Below, piece after piece: positions 31,276-41,755 of a stretch of DNA of 64,000 nt; within the stretch, counting starts at the first letter, position 1; each line of letters opens with the position of its first letter. The notes beneath the pieces are model-generated. The model had not been told where the DNA came from. It was given only the letters and a program-made list of their open reading frames with translations, and did not search any database. The stretch lies in assembly GCA_963759955.1 (NCBI GenBank), contig CAVXCA010000026.1:3348-67347 (forward strand), given 5' to 3'. A program made the translations under genes and the position numbers. This stretch comes from an uncultured Alphaproteobacteria bacterium. Lineage in GTDB: Bacteria > Pseudomonadota > Alphaproteobacteria > Rhizobiales > Beijerinckiaceae.

Positions 31276-32580
31276 ATGAGCCCGACCGACGCGATCTCGG
31301 CGCGCTTCGCGCCGCTGCACCCCAAGCGCATCGACCTTTCGCTCGGCCGCATTCAGCGCCTGCTCGGCGACCTCGGCTCGCCGCACAAGCGCCTGCCGCC
31401 GGTCGTGCATGTCGCGGGAACCAACGGCAAGGGCTCGACCGTCGCCTTCATGCGCGCCGCGCTCGAAGCGGCGGGAAAACGCGTCCACGTCTACACCTCG
31501 CCCCATCTGGTGCGCTTCAACGAGCGCATCCGCCTCGCCGGCGCGCTGGTCGACGACGAGCGCCTCGCGGGGGCGCTCGACCGCTGCGAGGCGGTCAACG
31601 CGGGGCAGTCGATTTCGGTGTTCGAGATCACGACGGCGGCGGCGCTGCTGCTGTTCAGCGAGACGCCCGCCGATTATCTGCTGCTCGAAGTGGGTTTAGG
31701 CGGCCGCTTCGACGCCACCAACGTCATCGACGCGCCGGCCGCGTCGATCATCACGCCGGTCTCGCTCGACCATCCGGAATTCCTCGGCGCAACGGTCGAA
31801 AAGATCGCCTACGAAAAGGCCGGCATTTTGCGACGCGGCGCGCCAGCGATCATCGCCGAGCAGGAGGAGGACGCTCTTCGCGTCATCGAACGCGAGGCGT
31901 TGCGCGTCGGCGCGCCGCTCATCGTCGCGGGACGCGACTTCTTCGCCCGCGCCGAACACGGCCGCTTCATATTCGAAGACCACGACGGCCTGCTCGACCT
32001 GCCGCTGCCGCGCCTGGCCGGCCGCCACCAGCACGGCAACGCGGCGACGGCGATCGCGGCGCTGCGCGCGATCGAGCCGGATTTGCCGACGCGCGCGCTC
32101 GAACAGGCAATGCTGGAGGCCGACTGGCCCGCCCGCCTGCAACGCCTGCGCAGCGGGCCGCTGGTCGCGCTGGCGCCCGCCCAGGCCGAAGTCTGGCTCG
32201 ACGGCGCCCATAACGAAGCGGGCGGGCGGGTCCTGGCCGAGGCGATGGCCGATTTCGAGGATCAGGCGCCGCGCCCGCTGGCGCTGATCTGCGGCACGCT
32301 GACGACCAAGGACACTGCCGGCTTCCTCAGTCATTTCAAGGGACTCGCGCAGGAGACGCTTGCCGTGCCGATCGCCGGCGAACACGCCGGCCGCCCCGCC
32401 GAGGAGGTCGCCGCGATCGCCCGCAGCGTCGGCCTTTCCGCCGCCGCGTGCGACAGCGTCGCTTCGGCGCTGCGCTTCCTGGCGGCGCGCGACTGGCCGA
32501 AGCCGCCGCGCATCCTGATCGCCGGATCGCTCTATCTCGCGGGCGACGTGCTCGAAGAGAACGACGCCGCGCCGAGATGA
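31276..32580 (+). CDS. folC: Folylpolyglutamate synthase / dihydrofolate synthase
   Basis: VAGTNGKGS, YTSPHL, EVGLGGRFDATN and DGAHN. Confidence 0.96.
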   Translation: MSPTDAISARFAPLHPKRIDLSLGRIQRLLGDLGSPHKRLPPVVHVAGTNGKGSTVAFMRAALEAAGKRVHVYTSPHLVRFNERIRLAGALVDDERLAGALDRCEAVNAGQSISVFEITTAAALLLFSETPADYLLLEVGLGGRFDATNVIDAPAASIITPVSLDHPEFLGATVEKIAYEKAGILRRGAPAIIAEQEEDALRVIEREALRVGAPLIVAGRDFFARAEHGRFIFEDHDGLLDLPLPRLAGRHQHGNAATAIAALRAIEPDLPTRALEQAMLEADWPARLQRLRSGPLVALAPAQAEVWLDGAHNEAGGRVLAEAMADFEDQAPRPLALICGTLTTKDTAGFLSHFKGLAQETLAVPIAGEHAGRPAEEVAAIARSVGLSAAACDSVASALRFLAARDWPKPPRILIAGSLYLAGDVLEENDAAPR

Positions 32581-32601
32581 CGGCGGTCGCCGAAATTCCT
32601 C

Positions 32602-35424
32602 TCAACCGACGTCCGGCTCGCCGCATCGCGCCAATACGGCCTCGCGGGCGGCGTCGCGCAGACGCAGCACCGAATGAAAGTCCCGTCCGCTCGGCTGGAT
32701 CGGCTCGGCAATGTCTATGGTGATCGCGGCCCATCGCGGAAACCACTGGTCGCTGCGCAGCACTGCCCGCGTTCCCCGAATGGCGCCGGGAATGACCGCC
32801 AGGCCGGCGTCGGCCGCCGTCTTGAACGCTCCGAGATGAAACGCGCAAAGCCCTGGCTTGCGCGTGAACCCGCCCTCCGGAAAGGACACGAGGACGCCGC
32901 CCCGCCGGGCGGCGCCCGTCACCATCTCGGCGTCGGCGAGGCTGCCCATGACATCGGTGCGCTCGACGAACAACACGCCCAGCCGCGGCAGCGCCGCGCC
33001 GGCGACATGCTGGGCGGCAAGTTCCTTCTTGGCGACGAAGACCGGCTCGCCAGGCAGGACTGCGGCGAGGACCAGGACGTCCGCGTAGCTCGAATGGTTG
33101 AAGACCAGGATGGCGTTCGGGGACAACAGCCGCTCGCGACCGTTGAGCGAAACCGGAATGCCCATCGCGGCGAGCGCCGTGCGCGCCACGACGTGAAGCG
33201 CGCGCCATCGCCAGTCGAGCCGCGGCAGGATCATGACCGCGACCCAGCCCACCAGGAAGCCGCTCGCCAACACCGCCCACCACCATCCCGCATAGACAAG
33301 CTCGGCGAGCGAGCGCCCCCAGCGGCGCAGCGTCGGGCCGACGCCGGCGAGCTGCAACCGCAGCATCTGCCGCCACACCGCTGCGCCCGACGGAGCGCCG
33401 AGGCGGCCGGTCTCGTAAAGAGTCTTGGCGGCGCTGCGCCGGATCTTGCCGCTCGACGTCTTCGGCAGCGAACGCGGCGGCGCCAGCACGATCGCATCCG
33501 GCGCCACGCCGAATCGGTCGGCCGCGACATCCTGGGCGTTGGCGCGCAACGCCTCGCGGGCTTTCCCATCGGTTTCCCGCGTCTCCGCCACGACGATCAG
33601 TTGCTCGGTGCCGAGCTTCGGATCGCTCACGCCGAAGACCGCCACCCCGCCCTTGCGGACGCCTGGAATCTCGCCGACCGCTTCCTCCACTTCCTGCGGA
33701 TAGATATGGCGCCCGCCGCGGATGATGATGTCCTTGATGCGCCCGGTGACGAACACCTCGCCGTTCGCCACATAGGCGCGGTCGCCGCTGTCGAGCCATC
33801 CCTCGTGGAACAGCTGCGCGGTCTTGGCCGCGTTACGGAAATAGCCCGAGGTCGCCGACGGACCGCGGAATTCGAGCCGGCCCTCGCGCCGCTCGGGGAG
33901 TTCCCGTCCGGCCTCGTCGACGATGCGGATTTCATGATCCGGCAAGGGCCGCCCGCAGGCGACGACCTCCAGCGGCTTCGCGTCGTCCGGCCGGGCCGGC
34001 GCCGCCACGCCGTCGCGGCTCAGCGCCTCGCGATCGACGCGATCGACGACCGGCCCGCGACCCATCGGCGGAAACGCCAGGCCGACCGCGTCCTCGGCGA
34101 GCCCGTAGACCGGCGCCATCGCCTCGGCTCGGAAGCCGTAGCGACCGAAACGTTCGATGAACCGGCGCAGCGTGTGGACGCTGACCGGTTCGGCACCGTT
34201 GGCCACCATCCGCAGCGAGCTCAGATCGAGGCCCTCCAGATCGGCGTCGTCGATCTTGTTCAGGCACAGCTCGAAGGCGAAATTGGGCGCCGCCGAAAGC
34301 GTCGCCCGGCAGCGATGCATCGCCCAGAGCCAGCTCTCGGGGCGCGCCAGGAAGCCAAGCGGCGACATCACGGTGAGCGGCGCGCCGAAGTAGAGGCAGC
34401 CCAGCCACGCCCCGATCAATCCCATGTCGTGATAGAGCGGCAGCCAGCTCACGAAGACGTCGGCCGAGCTCGCCTCCATGACGGCGCCCATCGCGCGGAT
34501 GTTGGCGAGCAGGTTGGCGTGGCTGAGGACGACGCCCTTGGGATCGCCGGTGCTGCCCGAGGTGTATTGAATGAGCGCCGTCGCCGAGGCGTCGATCTTG
34601 GGCGCCTGCAACTCGGCGCTGTCCGCTCTCAGCGCCGCCGGGCTCTCGACCGTGCGCAAGGTCTCCACCTGGGCGCGCAGCAGGCGACCAACGCCCAGGC
34701 CCTCCGGGACGGTCACCAGCATGGTCGCGCCGGCGTTGCGCAGAATTCCGGCCTGCCGGCGCAAATGGTCCTCGATCTGCGACAACCGCGTCGGCGGATA
34801 GATCGGAACCGGAACGGCGCCGGCGTATAGGACCCCGAAGAAGGTGATGAAGAAATCGAGGCTGGTCGGCAGCATCAGCGCGATGCGGTCGCCCGGCACG
34901 ACGTCGCGCGCGACGAGACCGGCCGCGACGCGGCGCCCCGCGTCGGCGAGATCGCCGTAGGTCAAGCGATCGGGCTCGGCCGCGTCGTCGCGCAGCAAGC
35001 TCAAATGGACGCGCTCGCGATGCTGCGCGGCGTGCCAGTCGAGCGCCTCGGTGAGGGTGGCGGCCTCCGAGGCGGGCGCAACGAGCGCGAGCGGCCGCGC
35101 GGGCTCCGGAATATTGGCCGTTCCTTCACGCGGGCGCGCTCGTTCGAGGGCGCGCGCCACGTCCGCGACCGTCTCCGCTTCGCTGATCGCGTCGATCGGA
35201 AGCCGGACCCGGAACGCGCGCTCGATGCGCAGGACCAATTCGGTGCGTCCGAGGCTGTCGATCCCGAGATCGCGATCGAGCCGGCTCGCGAGCGCCACCT
35301 CGACGGCGGGCCCCTGCCGCCCCCTGAGCTCCTGAACGAGACCGCGGACGACCGCGACGAGCTCGCGGCTTCGCGCAAGCTCGCCGGCGGATTCAGGGTC
35401 GGTCGCGGGCGATGAAGTGTCCAC
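32602..35424 (-). CDS. Tri-domain ACP - fatty acyl-AMP ligase-like - PlsC acyltransferase fusion
   Basis: DLGIDSL (phosphopantetheine Ser). YTSGSTGDPKG, SWLPLYHDMGLIG, NGAEP and YGLAE. TM segment, then NHSSYAD and FPEG. Confidence 0.88.
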   Translation of the reverse strand: MDTSSPATDPESAGELARSRELVAVVRGLVQELRGRQGPAVEVALASRLDRDLGIDSLGRTELVLRIERAFRVRLPIDAISEAETVADVARALERARPREGTANIPEPARPLALVAPASEAATLTEALDWHAAQHRERVHLSLLRDDAAEPDRLTYGDLADAGRRVAAGLVARDVVPGDRIALMLPTSLDFFITFFGVLYAGAVPVPIYPPTRLSQIEDHLRRQAGILRNAGATMLVTVPEGLGVGRLLRAQVETLRTVESPAALRADSAELQAPKIDASATALIQYTSGSTGDPKGVVLSHANLLANIRAMGAVMEASSADVFVSWLPLYHDMGLIGAWLGCLYFGAPLTVMSPLGFLARPESWLWAMHRCRATLSAAPNFAFELCLNKIDDADLEGLDLSSLRMVANGAEPVSVHTLRRFIERFGRYGFRAEAMAPVYGLAEDAVGLAFPPMGRGPVVDRVDREALSRDGVAAPARPDDAKPLEVVACGRPLPDHEIRIVDEAGRELPERREGRLEFRGPSATSGYFRNAAKTAQLFHEGWLDSGDRAYVANGEVFVTGRIKDIIIRGGRHIYPQEVEEAVGEIPGVRKGGVAVFGVSDPKLGTEQLIVVAETRETDGKAREALRANAQDVAADRFGVAPDAIVLAPPRSLPKTSSGKIRRSAAKTLYETGRLGAPSGAAVWRQMLRLQLAGVGPTLRRWGRSLAELVYAGWWWAVLASGFLVGWVAVMILPRLDWRWRALHVVARTALAAMGIPVSLNGRERLLSPNAILVFNHSSYADVLVLAAVLPGEPVFVAKKELAAQHVAGAALPRLGVLFVERTDVMGSLADAEMVTGAARRGGVLVSFPEGGFTRKPGLCAFHLGAFKTAADAGLAVIPGAIRGTRAVLRSDQWFPRWAAITIDIAEPIQPSGRDFHSVLRLRDAAREAVLARCGEPDVG

Positions 35425-35576
35425 GCGATGACCTTAACGGCGCCGATGCGCGGCGCCTTGACGCGGATCATGCGCGATCGCGGCGCCCGCCCGTGGGCTG
35501 CGCTAGACTGCGCCCCGTCGGTGAGACATTGCCGCCTCGCCGGCCTCTCCAATTCACTTGCCGCTCCGACCGCGCC

Positions 35577-36338
35577 CTACCCCTTCGCTTTCTGCATGAA
35601 CGCCATGAACGCGGCGCGCGCTTCGGGCGAGCGCAGGCGCTCGTGGAAGAGGCCCAGTTCCTCGTCCATGCGCTGGAGCAGCGCCGAGGGATCGCCGCGC
35701 AGCAATCGCCGAGTGGCGAGCATCGCTTCGCGCGGCTTGGCGGCGAGCGCCTGCGCTTTGGCGAGCGCGTGGGCGTAGAGCGCGTCCGGCGCGACGATCG
35801 CGTTGACGAGGCCGAGCTCGCGCGCCGCCTCGGCGTCGAACGGCTCGGCGAGCAGCAGGACCTCGGCCGCCTTGGCGGCGCCGAAGCGTTGCGGCGCCAG
35901 CAGCGACGAGCCGGCTTCCGGCACCAGGCCGAGATTGACGAAGGGCATTTGGAAGCGCGCGCTCGGCGCGGCGTAGACGAGATCGCAATGGAAGCACAGC
36001 GTCGTGCCGATGCCGACCGCCGGCCCTTCGATCGCGGCGACGAGCGGCTTGTCGAAGGTCGCCAGCGTGCGGATGAAGCGCACGCCCGGCGATTCGGCGT
36101 TCGAGGCCGCCGCGGCGAACGTCCCGGAGAGAAAGTCGCCGATGTCGTTGCCGGCGGTGAAGACGCCTTGCGAGCCGGCGAGCAGCAGCGCGCCGACGTT
36201 CGGCTCGCGGCTCGCCTCGGCGAACGCGGCGACCAGGCTTTCGTACATCGCGCCGGTCAGCGCATTCTTTTTCTCGGGCCGCGCCAAAGTGACGCAGGAA
36301 ACCCCGCCCTCGCGCCGAACGCGAACCAACTCGCTCAT
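35577..36338 (-). CDS. Enoyl-CoA hydratase/isomerase family protein
   Basis: RPEKKNALT, FTAGNDI, AVGIG and GLVPEAGSS. Confidence 0.92.
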   Translation of the reverse strand: MSELVRVRREGGVSCVTLARPEKKNALTGAMYESLVAAFAEASREPNVGALLLAGSQGVFTAGNDIGDFLSGTFAAAASNAESPGVRFIRTLATFDKPLVAAIEGPAVGIGTTLCFHCDLVYAAPSARFQMPFVNLGLVPEAGSSLLAPQRFGAAKAAEVLLLAEPFDAEAARELGLVNAIVAPDALYAHALAKAQALAAKPREAMLATRRLLRGDPSALLQRMDEELGLFHERLRSPEARAAFMAFMQKAKG

Positions 36339-38125
36339 GCCGTCTCCGTCAGAATGGTTTCGTAAGGCTCCAGCGCGCCGGCGCCCGAAAGGATGGAGCG
36401 CGCGAGGCCGGGGGCCGCGGTCGCGAGCTTTTCCGCGAAGAAGCGCGCGAGGCCGATGCGTCCGCGCTGCGTCTCGTCGCCGCGCGCCGCCAGATCCTGC
36501 GCGGCGAGTCCGGCTTTGACGAGACATGCCCCGCCCAGCGCGAGACCGAACAATTTCAGATACGCCGAGGCGCCGGCGAGCGCGGAATTCGGGTCGGCGC
36601 CGAGCGCCTCGCGCATGAAGCCCGTGGCCCGTTCGAGCGCGTCGACCGCCTCGCCCAAGATCGCGGCGCTCGCGCCGAAGCCGGCCTCGCCGCGCTCGGC
36701 GACCTCGGCGAGGATCGCGCGCATGCCGGCGATTTCGCGCGCAGCGACAGCGCCGCCGGAGAGCGGCAATTTGCGCTGCACGAGGTCGATCGCCTGGACG
36801 CCGTTGGCGCCTTCGTAGATCGCGGCGATGCGCGCGTCGCGCATGTGCTGAGCGGCGCCGGTTTCCTCGATATAGCCCATGCCGCCATGGACCTGCACGC
36901 CGAGCGAGGCGACTTCGTCGCCAACGTCGGTCGAGAACGCCTTGGCGACCGGCGTCAGCAGCGCGGCGCGCTCGCCCGCCGCCGCGCGCTCCTCGGCGCT
37001 CGGCGCATGAAACGAGCGGTCGATCGCGACCGCAGTCAGGTGGCAGACGCCGCGCGCGGCCTGGATGAGCGCCTTCATCGTCATCAGCATGCGCTGGACA
37101 TCCGGATGCTCGACGATCGGGCTCATGCCGGCGCCGCCTTTGGCGCTGCGCCCCTGGCGGCGCTCACGCGCGTAGGCGAGCGCCTGTTGCAGCGCCCGCT
37201 CGCCGATCGCCACGCCCTGCAGGCCGACGGCGAGCCGCGCGCTGTTCATCATCACGAACATCGCCGCCAGGCCGCGATTTTCCTCGCCGACCAGCCAGCC
37301 CTTGGCCCCGCCGGCGTCGCCGTAGATCATGACGCAGGTCGGCGAAGCGTGAATCCCGAGCTTGTGCTCGATGCTCGCGCAGCGCACGTCGTTGCGGGCC
37401 CCGAGCGAACCGTCGGCTTCGACGAAGAATTTCGGCACGAGGAACAGCGACAGGCCGCGCGTTCCGTGCGGCGCGTCGGGCAGGCGCGCAAGCACGAGGT
37501 GGACGATGTTGTCGGCCATATCGTGTTCGCCGTAGGTGATGAAAATCTTCTGGCCGAATACGCGATAAGTTCCGTCCTCGGCGCGTTCGGCGCGGGTCTT
37601 CACCGCGGCGAGGTCCGAGCCGGCCTGCGGCTCGGTCAGGTTCATCGTCCCCGTCCAGGCGCCGCTGACCAACCGCTTCAGATAGGTTTCGCGCAGCGCC
37701 TCGCTTCCGTACGCTTTGAGCGCGCCAATCGCCGCTTCGCTGAGCAGCGGACACAGCGCGAACCCCATCGACGCGCCGCTCCACATCTCGCCGCAGGCGA
37801 AATTGACCGAGTGCGGCAATCCCATGCCGCCGTATTCGGGGGAAGCGGTCACGCCGGCCCAGCCCGCCTCGGCCCATTGCCGATAGGCCTCGCGAAAGCC
37901 CGGCGGCGTCGTGACAGCGCCGTTCTGGCAAACCGCGCCGATCTGATCGCCGACGCGATTGAGCGGCGCGATCGCTTCGGTGGCGAATCGGCCGGCTTCG
38001 GAGATCACCGCAGCGACGGTGTCGGCGTCGACGTCGCCGAACAAGCCGGATTCGATCGCTTCGTCGAGTCCGGCGACGTGCTTGAGCGAAAAGAGGATGT
38101 CGGCGACCGGCGATCGATAGGACAT
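36335..38125 (-). CDS. Acyl-CoA dehydrogenase (long, ~600 aa type)
   Basis: MNLTEPQAGSDL, GQKIFIT, EHKLGIHASPT, QVHGGMG and IYEG. Confidence 0.93.
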   Translation of the reverse strand: MSYRSPVADILFSLKHVAGLDEAIESGLFGDVDADTVAAVISEAGRFATEAIAPLNRVGDQIGAVCQNGAVTTPPGFREAYRQWAEAGWAGVTASPEYGGMGLPHSVNFACGEMWSGASMGFALCPLLSEAAIGALKAYGSEALRETYLKRLVSGAWTGTMNLTEPQAGSDLAAVKTRAERAEDGTYRVFGQKIFITYGEHDMADNIVHLVLARLPDAPHGTRGLSLFLVPKFFVEADGSLGARNDVRCASIEHKLGIHASPTCVMIYGDAGGAKGWLVGEENRGLAAMFVMMNSARLAVGLQGVAIGERALQQALAYARERRQGRSAKGGAGMSPIVEHPDVQRMLMTMKALIQAARGVCHLTAVAIDRSFHAPSAEERAAAGERAALLTPVAKAFSTDVGDEVASLGVQVHGGMGYIEETGAAQHMRDARIAAIYEGANGVQAIDLVQRKLPLSGGAVAAREIAGMRAILAEVAERGEAGFGASAAILGEAVDALERATGFMREALGADPNSALAGASAYLKLFGLALGGACLVKAGLAAQDLAARGDETQRGRIGLARFFAEKLATAAPGLARSILSGAGALEPYETILTETA

Positions 38126-38266
38126 GGCGCTCCTCAAGTGCGGGCGTCGGCGACGTCTTGGCGTCGCGTCGCTTGACGGCTAGCTTGTCGCGCAGATAGC
38201 TGCGCGGCAAGCGGGAAGAACGTTTACGTATAAACCAAATGCCGCGCAAGGCGGCGAGGCGCCCCT

Positions 38267-39265
38267 ATGCCGTCGAGCCATCGTCGAGTGACCCGCATAA
38301 CGCCGGCCGACGCCGAGAGCATCGCCGCGGCCGCCGCAGTCTTGCGCGCCGGCGGTCTCGTGGCGATGCCGACTGAAACGGTCTACGGCCTGGCGGCCGA
38401 CGCGACCTCGGACGCGGCGGTGGCGGCGATCTATGCGGCCAAGGGACGGCCGGTGTTCAACCCGCTGATCGCCCATTTCGCCGATCGGGAGAGCGCCGAG
38501 CGCGAGGCGATCTTCGATGAGAATGCGAAGAGACTGGCGCGCGCGTTCTGGCCGGGGCCGCTGACGCTCGTGGCGCCCGCCTCGCCGACCTGCCGGATCA
38601 GCCTTCTCGCCCGCGCCGGCCTCGACAGTCTCGCGCTCCGCGCGCCCGACCACCCGATCGCGCGCGCGCTGATCGCGGCGGCCGGGGTTCCGCTCGCCGC
38701 GCCCTCGGCCAATCGCTCGGGACGAGTCAGCCCGACGCGGGCCGAACACGTCGCCGCCGATCTCGACGGCCGGATCGATTGGATCCTCGACGCCGGTCCG
38801 ACGCCGCTGGGATTGGAGTCGACGATTCTCGCCTGCCTGGGCGGGGCGCCGCGTCTGCTGCGCCCCGGCGCGATCGCCAAAGAGCGAATCGAGGCCGAAT
38901 TGGGCATTGCGATTGCGAGCGAGCCGTCGGCGGGCGGTGGGGACGAGCCGATCGCGCCGGGACTGCTGAAATCGCATTACGCGCCTCACGCCGCGCTTCG
39001 TCTCGCGGCGAGCCGAGCGACGCGCGAGGAGGCAGCGCTCGATTTCGGCGGCGCCCTTTCTTCGAGCCCGGCCAAGGCAAGGCTCGATCTGTCGCCGGGC
39101 GGCGATCTCGACGAGGCGGCCGCCAACCTGTTCGCCTATCTGCGGGCGCTCGACGCCACGGGCGCGCCACGCATCGCGGTCGCGCCGATCCCCGAAAATG
39201 GTCTCGGCGCGGCGATCAACGACCGCCTGCGCCGCGCCGCCGCGCCACGGGAAGGCGCCGCATAG
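38267..39265 (+). CDS. tsaC: Threonylcarbamoyl-AMP synthase (Sua5 type)
   Basis: PTETVYGL, KGRPVFNPLI, APSANRSG and GLESTI, plus a SUA5 C-terminal domain (HYAP). Confidence 0.93.
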   Translation: MPSSHRRVTRITPADAESIAAAAAVLRAGGLVAMPTETVYGLAADATSDAAVAAIYAAKGRPVFNPLIAHFADRESAEREAIFDENAKRLARAFWPGPLTLVAPASPTCRISLLARAGLDSLALRAPDHPIARALIAAAGVPLAAPSANRSGRVSPTRAEHVAADLDGRIDWILDAGPTPLGLESTILACLGGAPRLLRPGAIAKERIEAELGIAIASEPSAGGGDEPIAPGLLKSHYAPHAALRLAASRATREEAALDFGGALSSSPAKARLDLSPGGDLDEAAANLFAYLRALDATGAPRIAVAPIPENGLGAAINDRLRRAAAPREGAA

Positions 39266-39397
39266 ACTTTCGGCGCGCGGCCTATCGCCGCGGCGTCGCC
39301 TAAATCTTTCTCTTTCTTGCATATCCGACTTGCGCAATTGCACGTCCTCGGGGAATCTTCGCGCCGTCACGTAGCGTGATTCACGGATCTTCGAGAT

Positions 39398-40303
39398 ATG
39401 AATTCCGCCTTGGACTGGGATGAGTTTCGGTTGGTCAAAGCCATCGCCGACGCCCGCTCCCTCGTCGGCGCCGCGGAGGCGCTGGGCCTCAATCACTCGA
39501 CGATTTTCCGTCGACTCGGCGCCATCGAAACCGCGATCGGCGCGCGGCTGTTCGAGCGTTCGCGCACCGGCTACCAGCCGACCGCGGCGGGCGACGAAAT
39601 GATCGGGCTGGCGACCGCGATGGCCGATTCGATCATCGAGTTCGAGCGCCGAGTCGCCGGCCGCGACGTCAAGCCGACCGGGGAATTGCGCGTCACCATG
39701 GTCGACGCCTTCGCGGTTACGTTGTTGCCGCCGATCATTGCGCGTTTTCGCACAGTCAATCCCGGCGTCCAGCTCGACCTGATCGTCGCCGCGCAGACCC
39801 TCAATCTTTCGCGCCGCGACGCCGACGTGGCGATTCGCACCACCAACGAGCCGCCCGAGGCGCTGGTCGGTCGGCGCATCTGCGTCTGTCGTTGGGCCGT
39901 TTACTGCTCGGCGGAGGTCGCGGCGGAGTTCGGCCCCCGGGTCGTCGCGGCGGCGCCCTGGATCGGCTTTGGCGAGAATTTCGCGCCTCCTTTGGGCAAA
40001 CGTTGGATCGACGAGAACGTCGGACCGCGCCGTCAGGTCTGCCGCGTCAATTCCGTGCTCGGGATGGCGGAGGCGACGGCGGTCGGCGTCGGCGCGGCGA
40101 TCCTGCCGTGCTTTATCGGCGACCAGCGCCCCGAACTGACCCGCATCGGCCCCCCACAGCCCGAACTCGACGTCGATCTGTGGATCCTCACCCACGCCGA
40201 CCTGCGCCATTCCGCGCGCGTGCGCGCCTTCATGGATTTGGCCGGCGCCGAATTGGTCAAGATGCGCAAGATCATCGAGGGCTCCGCGGGGGAGCCGGGC
40301 TAA
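39398..40303 (+). CDS. LysR family transcriptional regulator
   Basis: N-terminal HTH (NHSTIFRRL...LFERSRTGY) and LSRRDADVAIR. Confidence 0.92.
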   Translation: MNSALDWDEFRLVKAIADARSLVGAAEALGLNHSTIFRRLGAIETAIGARLFERSRTGYQPTAAGDEMIGLATAMADSIIEFERRVAGRDVKPTGELRVTMVDAFAVTLLPPIIARFRTVNPGVQLDLIVAAQTLNLSRRDADVAIRTTNEPPEALVGRRICVCRWAVYCSAEVAAEFGPRVVAAAPWIGFGENFAPPLGKRWIDENVGPRRQVCRVNSVLGMAEATAVGVGAAILPCFIGDQRPELTRIGPPQPELDVDLWILTHADLRHSARVRAFMDLAGAELVKMRKIIEGSAGEPG

Positions 40304-41715
40304 CCAGGGCTTCGCCCCGCCGCCAACGGGGCTGCGCCGGCGCTCCTTGCGCGTTCGATCCGGGCGGCGCGCGTGCGCATCGTCACCAGTTCCTCCGCCG
40401 CGGTCGGATGGACCGCCATCGTCGCGTCGAGGTCGGCCTTTCTCGCGCCCATCTTGACGGCGATGGCGAGGACTTGGATCATCTCGCCCGCTTCGTGGCC
40501 GAGGATATGCGCGCCGACCACGCGATCGCTCGCCGCGTCGACGACGAGTTTCATGATCGTGCGCTCCTTGCTGCCCGAGAGCGTCGCCTTCATCGGCCGG
40601 AAGTTGGTCTTATAGATGTCGACGACTTCGTAGCGCTCCACCGCCTCGGCCTCGGTGAGGCCGACCGAGCCGATCTCCGGGGTCGCGAACACCGCGTGGG
40701 CGACGTTGTCGTGATCGACGATCCCTTCGCCCCCGCCGAACAGGCGATCGGCGAGCGCATGGCCCTCGCGGATCGCCACCGGCGTCAGGTTGATTCGATT
40801 GGTCACGTCGCCGACCGCATGGATCGAAGGAATATTCGAGGCGGAGACGCGATCGACGATCACCGCGCCGACCGCGTCGAGCGCCACCCCGGCGGACTCC
40901 AGCCCGAGGCCCTTGGTGTTGGGCCTGCGGCCGGTGGCGACCAGGACCTGGTCGACCTCGATCGCCTCGCCGTCCGAGAGGGCGACATCGAGGCACGCGC
41001 CGCGCTTCTCGATCCGCGTCGGCAGGCAGCCAAACCGCAGCTTCACGCCGGCGCGGGCGAGCTCGTCGCGCAAGCCCTCGCGCATGTCTTCGTCGAAGCC
41101 CCTGAGCACATTGCTCGCGCGCATGACCTGGACCACTTCGGCGCTGAGCCGCGCGAACAGCGAGGCGAATTCGACCGCGATGTACCCCCCGCCGACAACG
41201 AGCAGCCGACTCGGGAACGTCGCGAGGTCGAAAATCTCGTTGGAGGAAATGGCGAGCTCGAGACCGGCGATCGAGCCCGGGAATTCGGGCCTCGCGCCCG
41301 TTGCGACAAGGATATGCCGCGCGCTGACGGTTCGCCCGCCAGCGAGCCGAACGCGATGGGCGTCGATCACCTCGGCGCGCTGTTCGATCAGCTCGACGCC
41401 GGCCTTATCGAGATTGGCGCGATAGACGGCGGAGAGGCGCGAAATCTCGCGCTCCTTGGCCGCCACCAGCGTCGGCCAATCGAAACGCGTCGGCCCGACG
41501 CTCCAGCCAAACCCTTCGGCGTCGGAAAAATAGTCGGCGAAGCGGCTCGCATAGACCAGCAGCTTCTTGGGCACGCAACCGCGGATCACGCAGGTTCCGC
41601 CGACGCGGAATTCCTCGGCGACGACGACTTTCGCGCCGTGCTCCGCCGCAATTCGCCCCGCCCGAACCCCACCCGATCCGGCCCCGATGACAAAAAGGTC
41701 GACGTCGAACGCCAT
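40300..41715 (-). CDS. gor: Glutathione-disulfide reductase
   Basis: IGAGSGG, GGTCVIRGCVPKK and HPTAAEE. Confidence 0.93.
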   Translation of the reverse strand: MAFDVDLFVIGAGSGGVRAGRIAAEHGAKVVVAEEFRVGGTCVIRGCVPKKLLVYASRFADYFSDAEGFGWSVGPTRFDWPTLVAAKEREISRLSAVYRANLDKAGVELIEQRAEVIDAHRVRLAGGRTVSARHILVATGARPEFPGSIAGLELAISSNEIFDLATFPSRLLVVGGGYIAVEFASLFARLSAEVVQVMRASNVLRGFDEDMREGLRDELARAGVKLRFGCLPTRIEKRGACLDVALSDGEAIEVDQVLVATGRRPNTKGLGLESAGVALDAVGAVIVDRVSASNIPSIHAVGDVTNRINLTPVAIREGHALADRLFGGGEGIVDHDNVAHAVFATPEIGSVGLTEAEAVERYEVVDIYKTNFRPMKATLSGSKERTIMKLVVDAASDRVVGAHILGHEAGEMIQVLAIAVKMGARKADLDATMAVHPTAAEELVTMRTRAARIERARSAGAAPLAAGRSPG

Positions 41716-41755
41716 GGCGCGAACCTTTCCTTGGCGAGCGTATCGAGCGCGTTCG

